From: a virus
DNA length: 64,000 bases
Reading direction: 5' to 3' (one strand)
Virus record (IMG/VR): IMGVR_UViG_3300025584_000449
Span: 115,903 to 179,902 of that record
A program made the position numbers and the translations under genes. Positions 35,764 to 45,777 of this stretch are shown here, piece after piece; within the stretch, counting starts at the first letter, position 1; each line of letters opens with the position of its first letter. The notes below the pieces were generated by a model, which had not been told where the DNA came from, searched no databases, and worked only from the letters and a program-made list of their open reading frames with translations.

Positions 35764-38054
35764 TGGATACTAATGTAGTACATATTGATTGTAAATTATT
35801 TTTAGAGGGAATAGAAATTCCGTTTAGTGGTATTTCTATATCTGAGGGTATTGGCTCTTTTCCACAATGCACTCTAAATTTTCCTGCACAGTCTGGTGCA
35901 ACAAGAATATTACCCGGAACTCTTGTACAAGTGTTTGGGAAAATAATTGATGAATACGGAGATAAGGGTGAGGATTACTTCCTTTTGTTTGAAGGCGAAG
36001 TAGCAGGTATAAATTATAATAGAACTGAAGTTGGCACTAGACAAGCTAATATCCAAGCAGTTTCTTTATTAAGTAAGTGGGCATCAATACATAAATTTGC
36101 TGTCGATTACTTAAGCACTAAAGTACACCAAGCAGATGTATCTTTTTATTTAATTAATAGTGATGCTTTTAATGAGGAGGGTAAGGAAGATTCGGATACA
36201 ACAGAAACCCCGGATAAAGAAATAAAAGATAAAGATTATGAGTTTACAGCAGAGGCAGTTCCTGGACTTCTGCTGCTTTTTCAAAATGCATATAAAGTGT
36301 TTGAAGAGGGCGGCTCTGATGCTAATTTACAACCCCTGTTTCAAAAGTTAATTTCTTACTTTAGTAATTTAGATTTTTATTACGGCCTATTAAATGAACC
36401 ATTAAAGTTTGATAAGACTTTATTTGCATTCCCTAATAAACATGCTGTCTCTTTATTAAAAGTTCATCAATTAAGGAAAGACATGTTAAGTCAAAGTGAA
36501 AACCCTAATGCACTATCCTTATTGAATTTTATACAATTATTTTTAGAGCGCCTTAATTATAGAATTATATTTCCTGCTACCTTTACACAGACTATAAATC
36601 CTGCTACTGGAGAGTCTGTACCAATGCGTGCATACATTGTTCCTAACTTGGACTTTGCACCACCAATAAAAAATAATATTATATTTGCTGATGAAAAAAT
36701 GTCTTATAGTTTTTCTCGTAGCTTTACCACAGAGCCAACAGTATATGTTGCAGAATTAGACGCATTAAGACAATGGACGACGAATACTGGGGTAATCCCT
36801 AAAACCCTAGTTCCTATGGTAATGGTTCCTGGATTAGATTTGGTTGATGGGGATGACGTTAAAAAACCAAAATTAGAATTCACGACGGAAGAAACCTATA
36901 GAGGCCGTAATCGACCAATAAACCAAAATTTAGCTCAAGGTACTTTAGACTTTTTAACTCTATATTCTAAGAGGCCACCACTAGACCCGTTCCAACTTTG
37001 GACTAGCGATGAAGAAGCTGCTGAACAAAAAGCAAAAGCTCAACTTGAATTAAAAAAGAAACTCTATAAAGAAACTTTATTAGAATTCTTTGACGCTAGA
37101 TACGGAAGTAGGTCGTGTTCTGTTAGCACTGAGTTTAACCCCCATCGAATAATAGGATTTCCTGCTCTAATACTAGAGACAGAGGATGATACTCCTAGTG
37201 TTTGTGGGATATTGTCTGGACAAAGAATTACTATAAACTCAGAAGGCGCTGCTTCCTGTCAACTGACAATATCTAAACCTAGATTAATATGGGATGCTCA
37301 GGAAAATATTGATATAGCAGAAGATGCTGGTGAAGATCCTTCTCCACATAAGTTAGATTTAACTTACGATTTAGTTCCGTTTATGAATTCATACTTAGAC
37401 GAAGATTTTTATAAGATTGATAAGATAGGTGTTGAGATTTATCCACTGATTCAACATGGAACACTACATAAAAAAATAGACTCTGCTGAAGCTTCGGAAT
37501 GGGATAAAGATGATACATCATTAAAGGAAAAAGAAAATTTTTATAAAAACTACTTTGTAAATAAAGAAAGGTCTTCCTTTTATGACTCTTCTTTGTTAGA
37601 CTTTATTAGACAGTACGAAACCGGGAAACTAATAGTAAACTTAGAGGAGTTTAAAGTAAAGAAAAATGACTCAGAGGAAATCGCAAATGCTAAGTTAATT
37701 TCCTATAGCATACACGTATTGAAAAATATATATAGTAATGTTTCTAATAAACCAGGATTTAGAAAAATACAAACATCAAGGAATCTTATTACAATGACCG
37801 ATTATTTTAAATTCTTAAATGTTAGTGGAGATGTGCCTGGAACTTTAGACTATAAAGACACAACCGAAGTAGTGAAAATAGAAAATGCAAAAGCTTTAAT
37901 AAATCATAATTTAACTAGCGCAGAGATAGACCCGGATCTTCACGATGAGCTAAAAAAAGTTTATTCAGAAAAACGAAAACAAGCAATAGAAAAAGCCTTT
38001 GGTAAATATTTAAAACAATTCCAACAAGATTTAACCACTATAGTGACGAGGTAA
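35763..38054 (+). CDS. Probable baseplate hub/tail-associated protein
   Basis: Directly after the tape measure gene; beta-rich N-terminus (KLFLEGIEIPF...CTLNFP...LPGTLVQVF). Confidence 0.45.
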   Translation: MDTNVVHIDCKLFLEGIEIPFSGISISEGIGSFPQCTLNFPAQSGATRILPGTLVQVFGKIIDEYGDKGEDYFLLFEGEVAGINYNRTEVGTRQANIQAVSLLSKWASIHKFAVDYLSTKVHQADVSFYLINSDAFNEEGKEDSDTTETPDKEIKDKDYEFTAEAVPGLLLLFQNAYKVFEEGGSDANLQPLFQKLISYFSNLDFYYGLLNEPLKFDKTLFAFPNKHAVSLLKVHQLRKDMLSQSENPNALSLLNFIQLFLERLNYRIIFPATFTQTINPATGESVPMRAYIVPNLDFAPPIKNNIIFADEKMSYSFSRSFTTEPTVYVAELDALRQWTTNTGVIPKTLVPMVMVPGLDLVDGDDVKKPKLEFTTEETYRGRNRPINQNLAQGTLDFLTLYSKRPPLDPFQLWTSDEEAAEQKAKAQLELKKKLYKETLLEFFDARYGSRSCSVSTEFNPHRIIGFPALILETEDDTPSVCGILSGQRITINSEGAASCQLTISKPRLIWDAQENIDIAEDAGEDPSPHKLDLTYDLVPFMNSYLDEDFYKIDKIGVEIYPLIQHGTLHKKIDSAEASEWDKDDTSLKEKENFYKNYFVNKERSSFYDSSLLDFIRQYETGKLIVNLEEFKVKKNDSEEIANAKLISYSIHVLKNIYSNVSNKPGFRKIQTSRNLITMTDYFKFLNVSGDVPGTLDYKDTTEVVKIENAKALINHNLTSAEIDPDLHDELKKVYSEKRKQAIEKAFGKYLKQFQQDLTTIVTR

Positions 38055-38057
38055 TGT

Positions 38058-39203
38058 ATGAGTGATTCTGAAATTTATGGAGCCGGCATTAGGCTCGGAT
38101 ATATAAATGATGGTAGTGAGGGCCTAAACATACCGGCAGTAAATACTGCAGAGAATGTTTTTGATGGCCCATCACCGACATCTTCAAGCTCAACTAGAGG
38201 ACAGATTATTAGTCAACTACGCGGTGTTAGTACTAAGAAAGAATTACCTATACATTTGTCTGAAAAGATTAGCTCAAGTAGTCAGTATGATCTTGCTAAT
38301 TCCGGCGCTGTAATATTTATTAAAGACAAAGCTTCCTCTAATATAAATTATATGACTAATAGGTTTTATTTAAGTGCTCTTGATATAACTCAAAAAGAAA
38401 GAGCACAGATACAGAATACATTTGGTGCTGCATCTGTGGCATTGTTTGGAGACTCTGTTAAAATATATACCTTTTCTGGTACTGCGTTAGAGCATACTAG
38501 TACAAAAGCAAAAGGCGCTCCTTCAGATTATTTTCATGGGTCTTCATTACTAGATCTTTATAATAATCATATGCGGGGAACACAGCTAGTAGACGATGGG
38601 TCAGTGGCTATTATGAGAATAATGAACCACACTATATGGGGCTATCCTTTAACCTTTAATTATAGAAATATAGCTACTGCTGATAAATATATTGAATTTG
38701 GAATGAGCTGGGTAGTAACTAATCATAGTTTAGCTATGGAAAGTTTAGTTACTGATAATCAATTAGAAAATCATTATGATTTATCTAGCTACTATGATAC
38801 CAATAATGAAGACATTACAGCACAAATAGGGGATTTAAAAAACGATATCGATGTGCTTAAGGATACTATAGATATAATTGAAATTTTTATAAACAATGTT
38901 TATTCATATACACCTACCGTAATTACCGAAGAACGAGAAACTATATTTCAAGGTATTGAGCGTGTTGCTAATATGTTAAAAATTAGAATCAGAACTATAC
39001 CACAATTTTTCCCTACAGAAGAAGAGGTTGATTCATATGCTAATAACTTAAAAAATGCAGTAACTGAAGAATTTACAGTATCAAATGCATTACCACATCA
39101 ATCAAAATCAAACGAACACTATATAAGATTAATTCAAATTTATAGATTACTGTTTAACAAATTAATGTTAGTGTATGGTGGAAATCATGCACTGGCTTTT
39201 TAG
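38058..39203 (+). CDS. Virion structural protein (tail/baseplate), function unknown
   Basis: 381-aa ORF inside the tail operon. Confidence 0.45.
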   Translation: MSDSEIYGAGIRLGYINDGSEGLNIPAVNTAENVFDGPSPTSSSSTRGQIISQLRGVSTKKELPIHLSEKISSSSQYDLANSGAVIFIKDKASSNINYMTNRFYLSALDITQKERAQIQNTFGAASVALFGDSVKIYTFSGTALEHTSTKAKGAPSDYFHGSSLLDLYNNHMRGTQLVDDGSVAIMRIMNHTIWGYPLTFNYRNIATADKYIEFGMSWVVTNHSLAMESLVTDNQLENHYDLSSYYDTNNEDITAQIGDLKNDIDVLKDTIDIIEIFINNVYSYTPTVITEERETIFQGIERVANMLKIRIRTIPQFFPTEEEVDSYANNLKNAVTEEFTVSNALPHQSKSNEHYIRLIQIYRLLFNKLMLVYGGNHALAF

Positions 39204-39211
39204 GAGATTAG

Positions 39212-39943
39212 ATGACGCTGCGTGAAAAAGAATTAGAACTATGGAAGCAATATAGAGCTGGTAATAAAATGGCCGGTCAGCAATTAGTTAAATCCTTAAA
39301 GCCCTTAATTAATCAACAGATCGGAAAATATGTTGGTGTAACTCTTCCTAGAGTGGCTATCGATATGGAGGCTACTAAATTAGTATACCAAGCTTTTGAT
39401 ACATATGACCCAGAGAAAGCTCAGTTGAATACCCATGTGACTAACTATCTAAAGAAGTTACAAAGATTTGTTATTAACTATCAGAACGTTGGGCACATTC
39501 CTGAACCACGGGCGATGAAGATAGGTATATATAATTCTATCTATGATAACATAGAATCAGATAAAGGCCGTGAACCAACAATGGCTGAACTGGCTGACGA
39601 AATGAGTTGGCCAATTAAAGAGATCGAGAAACTACAGATAGAGCTGAGACGAGACCTTTCCATTGAACACGGCACTGGTGATGAAGATGATGTCGGAACA
39701 TTCTTTGAGTATACCCCTGACTTAGCTTCTCCAGAACAGTTTAAATTAAGACAAGCTCTGAGCTTTATATACTATGACTCAGACCCAATAGATAAAAAAA
39801 TAATAGAGTATGTTTTTGGCTATGGTGGAAAACCTAAATTAAAAGACAAAGACATATCATTTAAATTAAGATTGTCTTCACAAAAAGTGGCACAGCGAAA
39901 AAAGGATATAGCTGCTAAACTTAGAGATAGCATGAGATATTAA
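39212..39943 (+). CDS. Divergent sigma-70 family factor (FliA/WhiG/SigF-like)
   Basis: ELWKQYRAGN...LVKSLKPLI (region 2.1), FDTYDPEK...THVTNYL (region 2.3-2.4), GREPTMAELADEM (region 3), C-terminal HTH. AGGAG Shine-Dalgarno. Confidence 0.8.
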   Translation: MTLREKELELWKQYRAGNKMAGQQLVKSLKPLINQQIGKYVGVTLPRVAIDMEATKLVYQAFDTYDPEKAQLNTHVTNYLKKLQRFVINYQNVGHIPEPRAMKIGIYNSIYDNIESDKGREPTMAELADEMSWPIKEIEKLQIELRRDLSIEHGTGDEDDVGTFFEYTPDLASPEQFKLRQALSFIYYDSDPIDKKIIEYVFGYGGKPKLKDKDISFKLRLSSQKVAQRKKDIAAKLRDSMRY

Positions 39944-42087
39944 TGGCTACTGATCAAATACTACAACAACCAAATCCTTGTACTACTATTAGAGTTGAGC
40001 ACCAGGTCTCTACTTTTTTAAATAATTTAGCTGAGAGTCTTGGTCTTGATTCCTCTGATGCAGATATTGCTGCACTACTTAGTGAGCTTGGAGATCAACT
40101 ATCTAGAGCGCTGAAGGATTGGAAAGATAAAACAAAGGTGTTCTTAACCGAGGCTGGAGGGTATTCGGCGTTTCTTGCGTTAATATTGCTTGCTGATTTT
40201 TTAGGATTTGACCCAAACGTTTTATTAAATCCTATTGGATACATCAACACTATATTAATGACATCTTTAATGTTCCAATTTGTAGCAATGTATTTAACTC
40301 TAAGCGAAACGCCTTATTATTATTTAATGTATAGAAGTCTAGTTACACTAGAAGAGCAGTTATTAGAAAGACAGGTTGTATTAGATAAAGTTATAGCAAG
40401 CTTAAGGCCTATTATTAGACTAGGTGATTATTTTGCATTCTTGGAAAAACAACTTAAGGGATTAGATTCTAACAATGAGGTATTAAGAGCTATTAGTGAT
40501 CTTAAAAAAGCAAGACACTCTCTTGGATTATCCGTTGGGTTACAATTAAATGATGGCTCTGTCCTAAGTGCTGATTTTGAGCCTCAACTATTTAGATCAA
40601 AATATTTAACATATGCTAGTACTCATTTAGATAATTGTATTAATAACTTACATGGAGATTTCTTCTCACAAGTAAGAGATGCTATTCAAATGAGTGATGA
40701 AGTAAATGTTCCTTTTTCTGAGAACCCGACATTACAATCTTGGGAAGCTTTTGGAGATTACTTTCAAAACAAATTTAAGTTACAGGAAGAGACAGGAGGA
40801 AATGCTTTTGAGCAATCAATACAAGTTCTAGCTCAAGACATCTCTGCGCTGACTACCGCACAACAAATTTATATTATAGCGTCCATAGTGGCTAGTATGT
40901 TAGAGAATCTTATTATGTATCTTCCAGTTCAATACTTAAATATTGGTAAAAATGTATTAGACATTACACGTGATATCTGGGATACAAAAGATATAGGAAA
41001 AGTAACAACTGCTACTGTAGGTGATGTATTATTATCTGATGTACAAACCTTGAGAGATACCAACGCTAGAGTAACCATGGTTGAGCAAATTATTGCACGA
41101 TTTGACATTACCTTTAAATCAGTAAGTCTGCTTGGCCAACAAGCATATACTTTACTATATCCAATTTTAACAGGATTAAAGTCTGTTCAAACAGAAATTG
41201 AAGGACACGTATTAACTGAAAAAGGGCAAAAGATAGTTACAAATATAACTAATACAGAAAGAACTGAATGGATTAAAACCCTACTAAAACATAAAAGTAC
41301 GGTTGACACAATGGTGTCTAATCCATTAAAAGGACAAGCTGGCGGATCATACGGCAACTCAATAAATTCTTTACTGGGCGAAAACAACGCTATAAATAAT
41401 GAAAAACTAGTTGATATAAATACTAACTATCAATGGTTAATTAAATATCTTTCTGGCTCTAGTGAAATAGATGATGTACTATTTGATAATGTAGCTTCTT
41501 TGAAGCAGCCAGCAGATACAGTTGTTGACTTTAGTCAGGACCTTGTAGCTAATTTTTCTCAGAACGTTTACTCTGGAAAATTTAAGAATTTTATGCCATC
41601 ATTTAAAGAAATGTTATATAAATTAAACGAGCAAAGACAAAAAGATATACAAATAATAAATATATCTAAAGTAATAAGAAGAGATTTAGAAACATTGCCT
41701 GGGTTTAATATAATGTTAAATGAAGTAGAAGGCATAAACGATTTATTGAAAGATTCCTGGTTCTCTAATTTATCAGACCAGCTATCAACAGGCAATCTAG
41801 CACTACTAAATGCCGGTCTACAGAGTCTAAGTGAGCTTGGCTGTTTAGGCACTGTCTCCTCTACAAGTAATGTACAAGACTTGCCAATTATAAAAGAAGT
41901 GTTTGGGTATGTCTATGGTGGGAGTAAGTCTGCTTTGAAAAAAGTACAGAACTATTTAGATAGAACTGAAGAAGAGAATAAAACATGTCAAGCTAAAGTA
42001 ACTACAATAACAGATTATATGCAAAAATTAGAAAATTATGCAGCCGTTACTCCAGAAGTTCCTCTTGACATTACCTTACCAACTTAG
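39943..42087 (+). CDS. Hypothetical helical protein with an N-terminal hydrophobic segment
   Basis: 714 aa; hydrophobic stretch AFLALILLADFLG...SLMFQFVAMYL. Confidence 0.5.
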   Translation: MATDQILQQPNPCTTIRVEHQVSTFLNNLAESLGLDSSDADIAALLSELGDQLSRALKDWKDKTKVFLTEAGGYSAFLALILLADFLGFDPNVLLNPIGYINTILMTSLMFQFVAMYLTLSETPYYYLMYRSLVTLEEQLLERQVVLDKVIASLRPIIRLGDYFAFLEKQLKGLDSNNEVLRAISDLKKARHSLGLSVGLQLNDGSVLSADFEPQLFRSKYLTYASTHLDNCINNLHGDFFSQVRDAIQMSDEVNVPFSENPTLQSWEAFGDYFQNKFKLQEETGGNAFEQSIQVLAQDISALTTAQQIYIIASIVASMLENLIMYLPVQYLNIGKNVLDITRDIWDTKDIGKVTTATVGDVLLSDVQTLRDTNARVTMVEQIIARFDITFKSVSLLGQQAYTLLYPILTGLKSVQTEIEGHVLTEKGQKIVTNITNTERTEWIKTLLKHKSTVDTMVSNPLKGQAGGSYGNSINSLLGENNAINNEKLVDINTNYQWLIKYLSGSSEIDDVLFDNVASLKQPADTVVDFSQDLVANFSQNVYSGKFKNFMPSFKEMLYKLNEQRQKDIQIINISKVIRRDLETLPGFNIMLNEVEGINDLLKDSWFSNLSDQLSTGNLALLNAGLQSLSELGCLGTVSSTSNVQDLPIIKEVFGYVYGGSKSALKKVQNYLDRTEEENKTCQAKVTTITDYMQKLENYAAVTPEVPLDITLPT

Positions 42088-42096
42088 GATTTTAAT

Positions 42097-42516
42097 ATGG
42101 CACAGGACGTAAAAATTATAGATGTAGACTCTGATGGGATTCTAACTGTTGTTTTTCCAACAGGAGTAGAAAGAGCTAAATCAAGTTTTAACTTGATTCA
42201 GCGTGTAGCAAAACGTATATTAACATTAGAGGGATCTGATATAGTTAATCCTACAGTGGGTACCAACATACCTGCTATGTTTACTTCTTTGGCTGATAGC
42301 GATAAAGAACATTTATCTGGGGTTTTCCCTATTTATATTAGTGATTTAGAGCAAGAGTTAAAATTAGAACAACTAATTATTCCTAACTTGCCTAAAAGCG
42401 AACAACTTAAGTCATTAGTATTATTAGAGTTAAAGCATTTACCAGAAAGTTTATCGTGGCATTTAAAATTAAGGGTTGACCTACAAGACGGAACCTCCCA
42501 ACTTATCGTAATTTAA
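42097..42516 (+). CDS. Baseplate wedge protein, gp25/GPW-like
   Basis: 139 aa, ILTLEGSDIVNPTVGTNI motif, directly upstream of the baseplate J-like gene. Confidence 0.65.
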   Translation: MAQDVKIIDVDSDGILTVVFPTGVERAKSSFNLIQRVAKRILTLEGSDIVNPTVGTNIPAMFTSLADSDKEHLSGVFPIYISDLEQELKLEQLIIPNLPKSEQLKSLVLLELKHLPESLSWHLKLRVDLQDGTSQLIVI

Positions 42517-42526
42517 GGAAATTAGA

Positions 42527-43819
42527 ATGGCTATAAATATTGTTAATTATATAAGAGAAAGAATTAAAAGTATTGATTCAAGCATAGACACTAGACCAGG
42601 AAGTGTAGTGTCTGATCTTTTAATTAATCCTATAACTTCTATACTATCTTCTTATGGAGAGACCCAAGATGTAATTCTTCGTAATCAGACATTAGAAGAT
42701 TTAAGCTCTATCTCTGAATCTGAGATGGACACTATAGTAACTAATTTTTTAATTACTAGAGAGAATGGGGCGAAGTCTACAGGAACAGTAAAGCTGTATT
42801 TTAATGAACCCAGAACTCTAGCTATTGCAAGAGGCACACAGTTTAGTGATAGTACTGGTACATTAATTTATGAAACTCTAGCTGATTACTCCATTACTAG
42901 AGGTACGATGGAAATTACTCGTGATCAATTTCCATTATATAACACTGAGCCTATACAGATTCAAGGGATACTCGCTGGGTCGGATTATAACCAGCCAGCT
43001 AATGCCATAACAAGGGCACTAACATTACAAGCTACCCCCGCTAAAATAAATAATTCCCAACCTATAGTTTCTGGGGAAGACAAAGAGGACAATGAATCTT
43101 TATTTACTAGACTATTATTAAGCTTTGCTGACTCATCTCTTTCTTCAACTGCCGGAATTAAAAGACAGCTATTATCTAATTTTCTTAATTTGAACGATGT
43201 GGAAGTTGTGGGTGCAGGTGACCCACTAATGCAAAGAGACTTAATGGAAAATTTAAGTCTTGCTGTTCAATTTAAAGAAGAAGATTTTTATTTAGTGCAA
43301 TCAGGACTACACACATATCCATGGAAACAACACATTGCCTATACAGCTAGTATAATAGATACTGACGATAGCGAGATGGTGTCCTTACCAGAGCCTGACG
43401 GATTTACTACAGAGTTCTCACAAGGATTATACGAAGGGTTGTTCTTTAAATCAGACGTATCATATGCACAGCAAGATGAGTATGTTATCTTACAGGAGTT
43501 CTTTGAGGATTTAAATAATCCAGATATTCAACTAGATTTACAAACTGTACTAGCTAGTGGTTATTGGGAAATACATGATGGACTAAACCCTGATAATTCA
43601 ATATTTTATATTGATGAGGTTAATACCCAAGAAGGCTATTTAAGATTAGGTAAAACTCTAGATTATAGTAATTTAGATGATTCTATATTAAATATACCCT
43701 ACTCAACTATAAATACATTATTGTCTTTAGCCACAGAAGCTATCACTGTAGTAACTACAAATAATGAAGAGACTGATTATATACCTGTTTCAGATGATAC
43801 TGAAGTAGATAGCCCATAA
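42527..43819 (+). CDS. Baseplate J-like wedge protein (N-terminal part)
   Basis: DTRPGSVVSDLL, AKSTGTVKLYF, GTQF, YNQPANAI, SGEDKEDNESL. Confidence 0.75.
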   Translation: MAINIVNYIRERIKSIDSSIDTRPGSVVSDLLINPITSILSSYGETQDVILRNQTLEDLSSISESEMDTIVTNFLITRENGAKSTGTVKLYFNEPRTLAIARGTQFSDSTGTLIYETLADYSITRGTMEITRDQFPLYNTEPIQIQGILAGSDYNQPANAITRALTLQATPAKINNSQPIVSGEDKEDNESLFTRLLLSFADSSLSSTAGIKRQLLSNFLNLNDVEVVGAGDPLMQRDLMENLSLAVQFKEEDFYLVQSGLHTYPWKQHIAYTASIIDTDDSEMVSLPEPDGFTTEFSQGLYEGLFFKSDVSYAQQDEYVILQEFFEDLNNPDIQLDLQTVLASGYWEIHDGLNPDNSIFYIDEVNTQEGYLRLGKTLDYSNLDDSILNIPYSTINTLLSLATEAITVVTTNNEETDYIPVSDDTEVDSP

Positions 43820-43828
43820 GGATTAGAT

Positions 43829-45769
43829 ATGCACGGTAATGCTCCATTAGTACAAGTATACCATAATTTATCACAGCTGCTAAATGAAGAAAATCTTAAT
43901 AATTTAGCACCTATTTTTCATAGACCTATAGACCAGCATACAGGTATAAACATTACTGGTAAATTCAGTACTACAGATAATACTGAATTAGGTGAGATGT
44001 CTTATGTTACTGTTATGAGAAATGCCACAACACATTTGCCTCATGATGGTTATGGTCTAGCTTGGCGTAAACAGCCTGAGTTCTTGGTTGATTGTGCAAA
44101 CAATGGAACCGGAGCTACAACAGCGCATCAATTAAAGTTTTATGAAACTTATGGTCTCACACTTAATGCTGCTATTGCAGTTGTAGGAAGTGCTGCAGCT
44201 TTAAAGATACCGGCCAATGGTTATTTAAAATATAATGTTTATTTAGTTGATAATGATATCTTACAAGAAGAGGTTTGGATCAACTATGAACAGTACTGGG
44301 ATCAGACTGGTGGTAAGAACCAGTTCTTACAGGCTGGAAAAGTTTGGATAGAACAAAACACTTGGTACCAATTCAGAATGAATATTCATGCTAAAATGGG
44401 AACTGATATATGGGTATGGGCAGACGGAGACTCACAGGGTGACGCAATTCTAACTCGTGGACAAACTTATCCTCCATATGTTCCTCAAGCTGCTGGAGAG
44501 CATTTCGGGATCTCTATTGCACAGACAAGAAATAATGAATGGTACTATGATAGTTTAGAAATTTGGTCTGAGGAAGAAAAATTCCCCATGCAGGAATTCA
44601 AGCTTACCCCAGATGCAGAATACTTCACTAGTGCCTCAGCCTTTACAGTTAATTATTATGGAGTTGGATATGACCCTGTTGATTATGTTGTTGATGGAAA
44701 TACAGGGAATAGCCGTACAAGAGCTTTTGTAAGAAACTATAGTACAGGAGAATGGGAATATATTGGTGGCCACACTGCCACTATAGATGACATTAGAGAA
44801 GATCAGCTAATTACTAAAAGCTTTACTCCGCTGTCTAACTATCTAGATGCAAACGGTCAAGTAGTTATTGTAGCGCACGCTGCTAACTCAGGACCAGCTC
44901 CTGGATACGGGTATGACTACCAGACAGCAGCCTATGTAAATCCAGTAACAGAGTGGGATTATGATAGAGAGATTTATGTTCCAGTAACAGAAGATTTTTC
45001 AGACAACACAAACCACACTATTAGAACTTATTACGTATCCTTGACTAACATAGACCAGAGCGGAGTTCATAAAGGAAACTCTGTAGATATCTATTGTCAC
45101 GATCCTAGTAATATTAAATATGGAACAGCTACTGGAATAATAGCTGGTAACAATTTATATACATTAACATTTGCTGGTGATATTGGTGGGCCTATTCAAG
45201 AGATTACTGGAGTTAAATTACATTTATCTCAAACAGACTTTGATGAAGATGCTTACTACATTGAAAGTGTTGCTGCAGGATCTGAATTTTCAACGGAAGC
45301 TAATTACAAAATAAATTTCGCAAGTGACGATGATCTAACTGGCGTAGAAGTTGATTTAGTATATAAGTATTGGATCAATGGAGATAATGTCCAAGCATTT
45401 GTTCAAGCAGATGATAATAGATATCCAGGAATGGATTATTTAGTAAAAACTATGCCACCACATATTGTAGTTATAAACTCTTTAGAGTATAGCGGCGGAC
45501 TATCAGAAAACGCAATGAGGGAAAAACTACTTGCATATATAAATGAATACACCTCAACCACATTAACAAAATCTGGTATTATAGCATTACTACAGAATAA
45601 CGGCGCAACTTATGTTGATACTACAGACATAGATATTGACATCAGAGCTTATAGCTCAACTTATATAAAAACGATAACAGCTTTAGAGGATACTTATACA
45701 ATTTCTAGCACCGCTGTTGGAAAATATTATACCGATAAAACTGAGTTACTAGGATTAACCCAACTTTAA
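43829..45769 (+). CDS. Baseplate-associated protein: beta-sandwich region plus a probable baseplate J-like C-terminal part
   Basis: In frame with the previous ORF. GVHKGNSVDIY and a C-terminal wedge-like region (YSGGLSENAMREKLLAYIN). Confidence 0.5.
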   Translation: MHGNAPLVQVYHNLSQLLNEENLNNLAPIFHRPIDQHTGINITGKFSTTDNTELGEMSYVTVMRNATTHLPHDGYGLAWRKQPEFLVDCANNGTGATTAHQLKFYETYGLTLNAAIAVVGSAAALKIPANGYLKYNVYLVDNDILQEEVWINYEQYWDQTGGKNQFLQAGKVWIEQNTWYQFRMNIHAKMGTDIWVWADGDSQGDAILTRGQTYPPYVPQAAGEHFGISIAQTRNNEWYYDSLEIWSEEEKFPMQEFKLTPDAEYFTSASAFTVNYYGVGYDPVDYVVDGNTGNSRTRAFVRNYSTGEWEYIGGHTATIDDIREDQLITKSFTPLSNYLDANGQVVIVAHAANSGPAPGYGYDYQTAAYVNPVTEWDYDREIYVPVTEDFSDNTNHTIRTYYVSLTNIDQSGVHKGNSVDIYCHDPSNIKYGTATGIIAGNNLYTLTFAGDIGGPIQEITGVKLHLSQTDFDEDAYYIESVAAGSEFSTEANYKINFASDDDLTGVEVDLVYKYWINGDNVQAFVQADDNRYPGMDYLVKTMPPHIVVINSLEYSGGLSENAMREKLLAYINEYTSTTLTKSGIIALLQNNGATYVDTTDIDIDIRAYSSTYIKTITALEDTYTISSTAVGKYYTDKTELLGLTQL

Positions 45770-45777
45770 GAGGAAAC

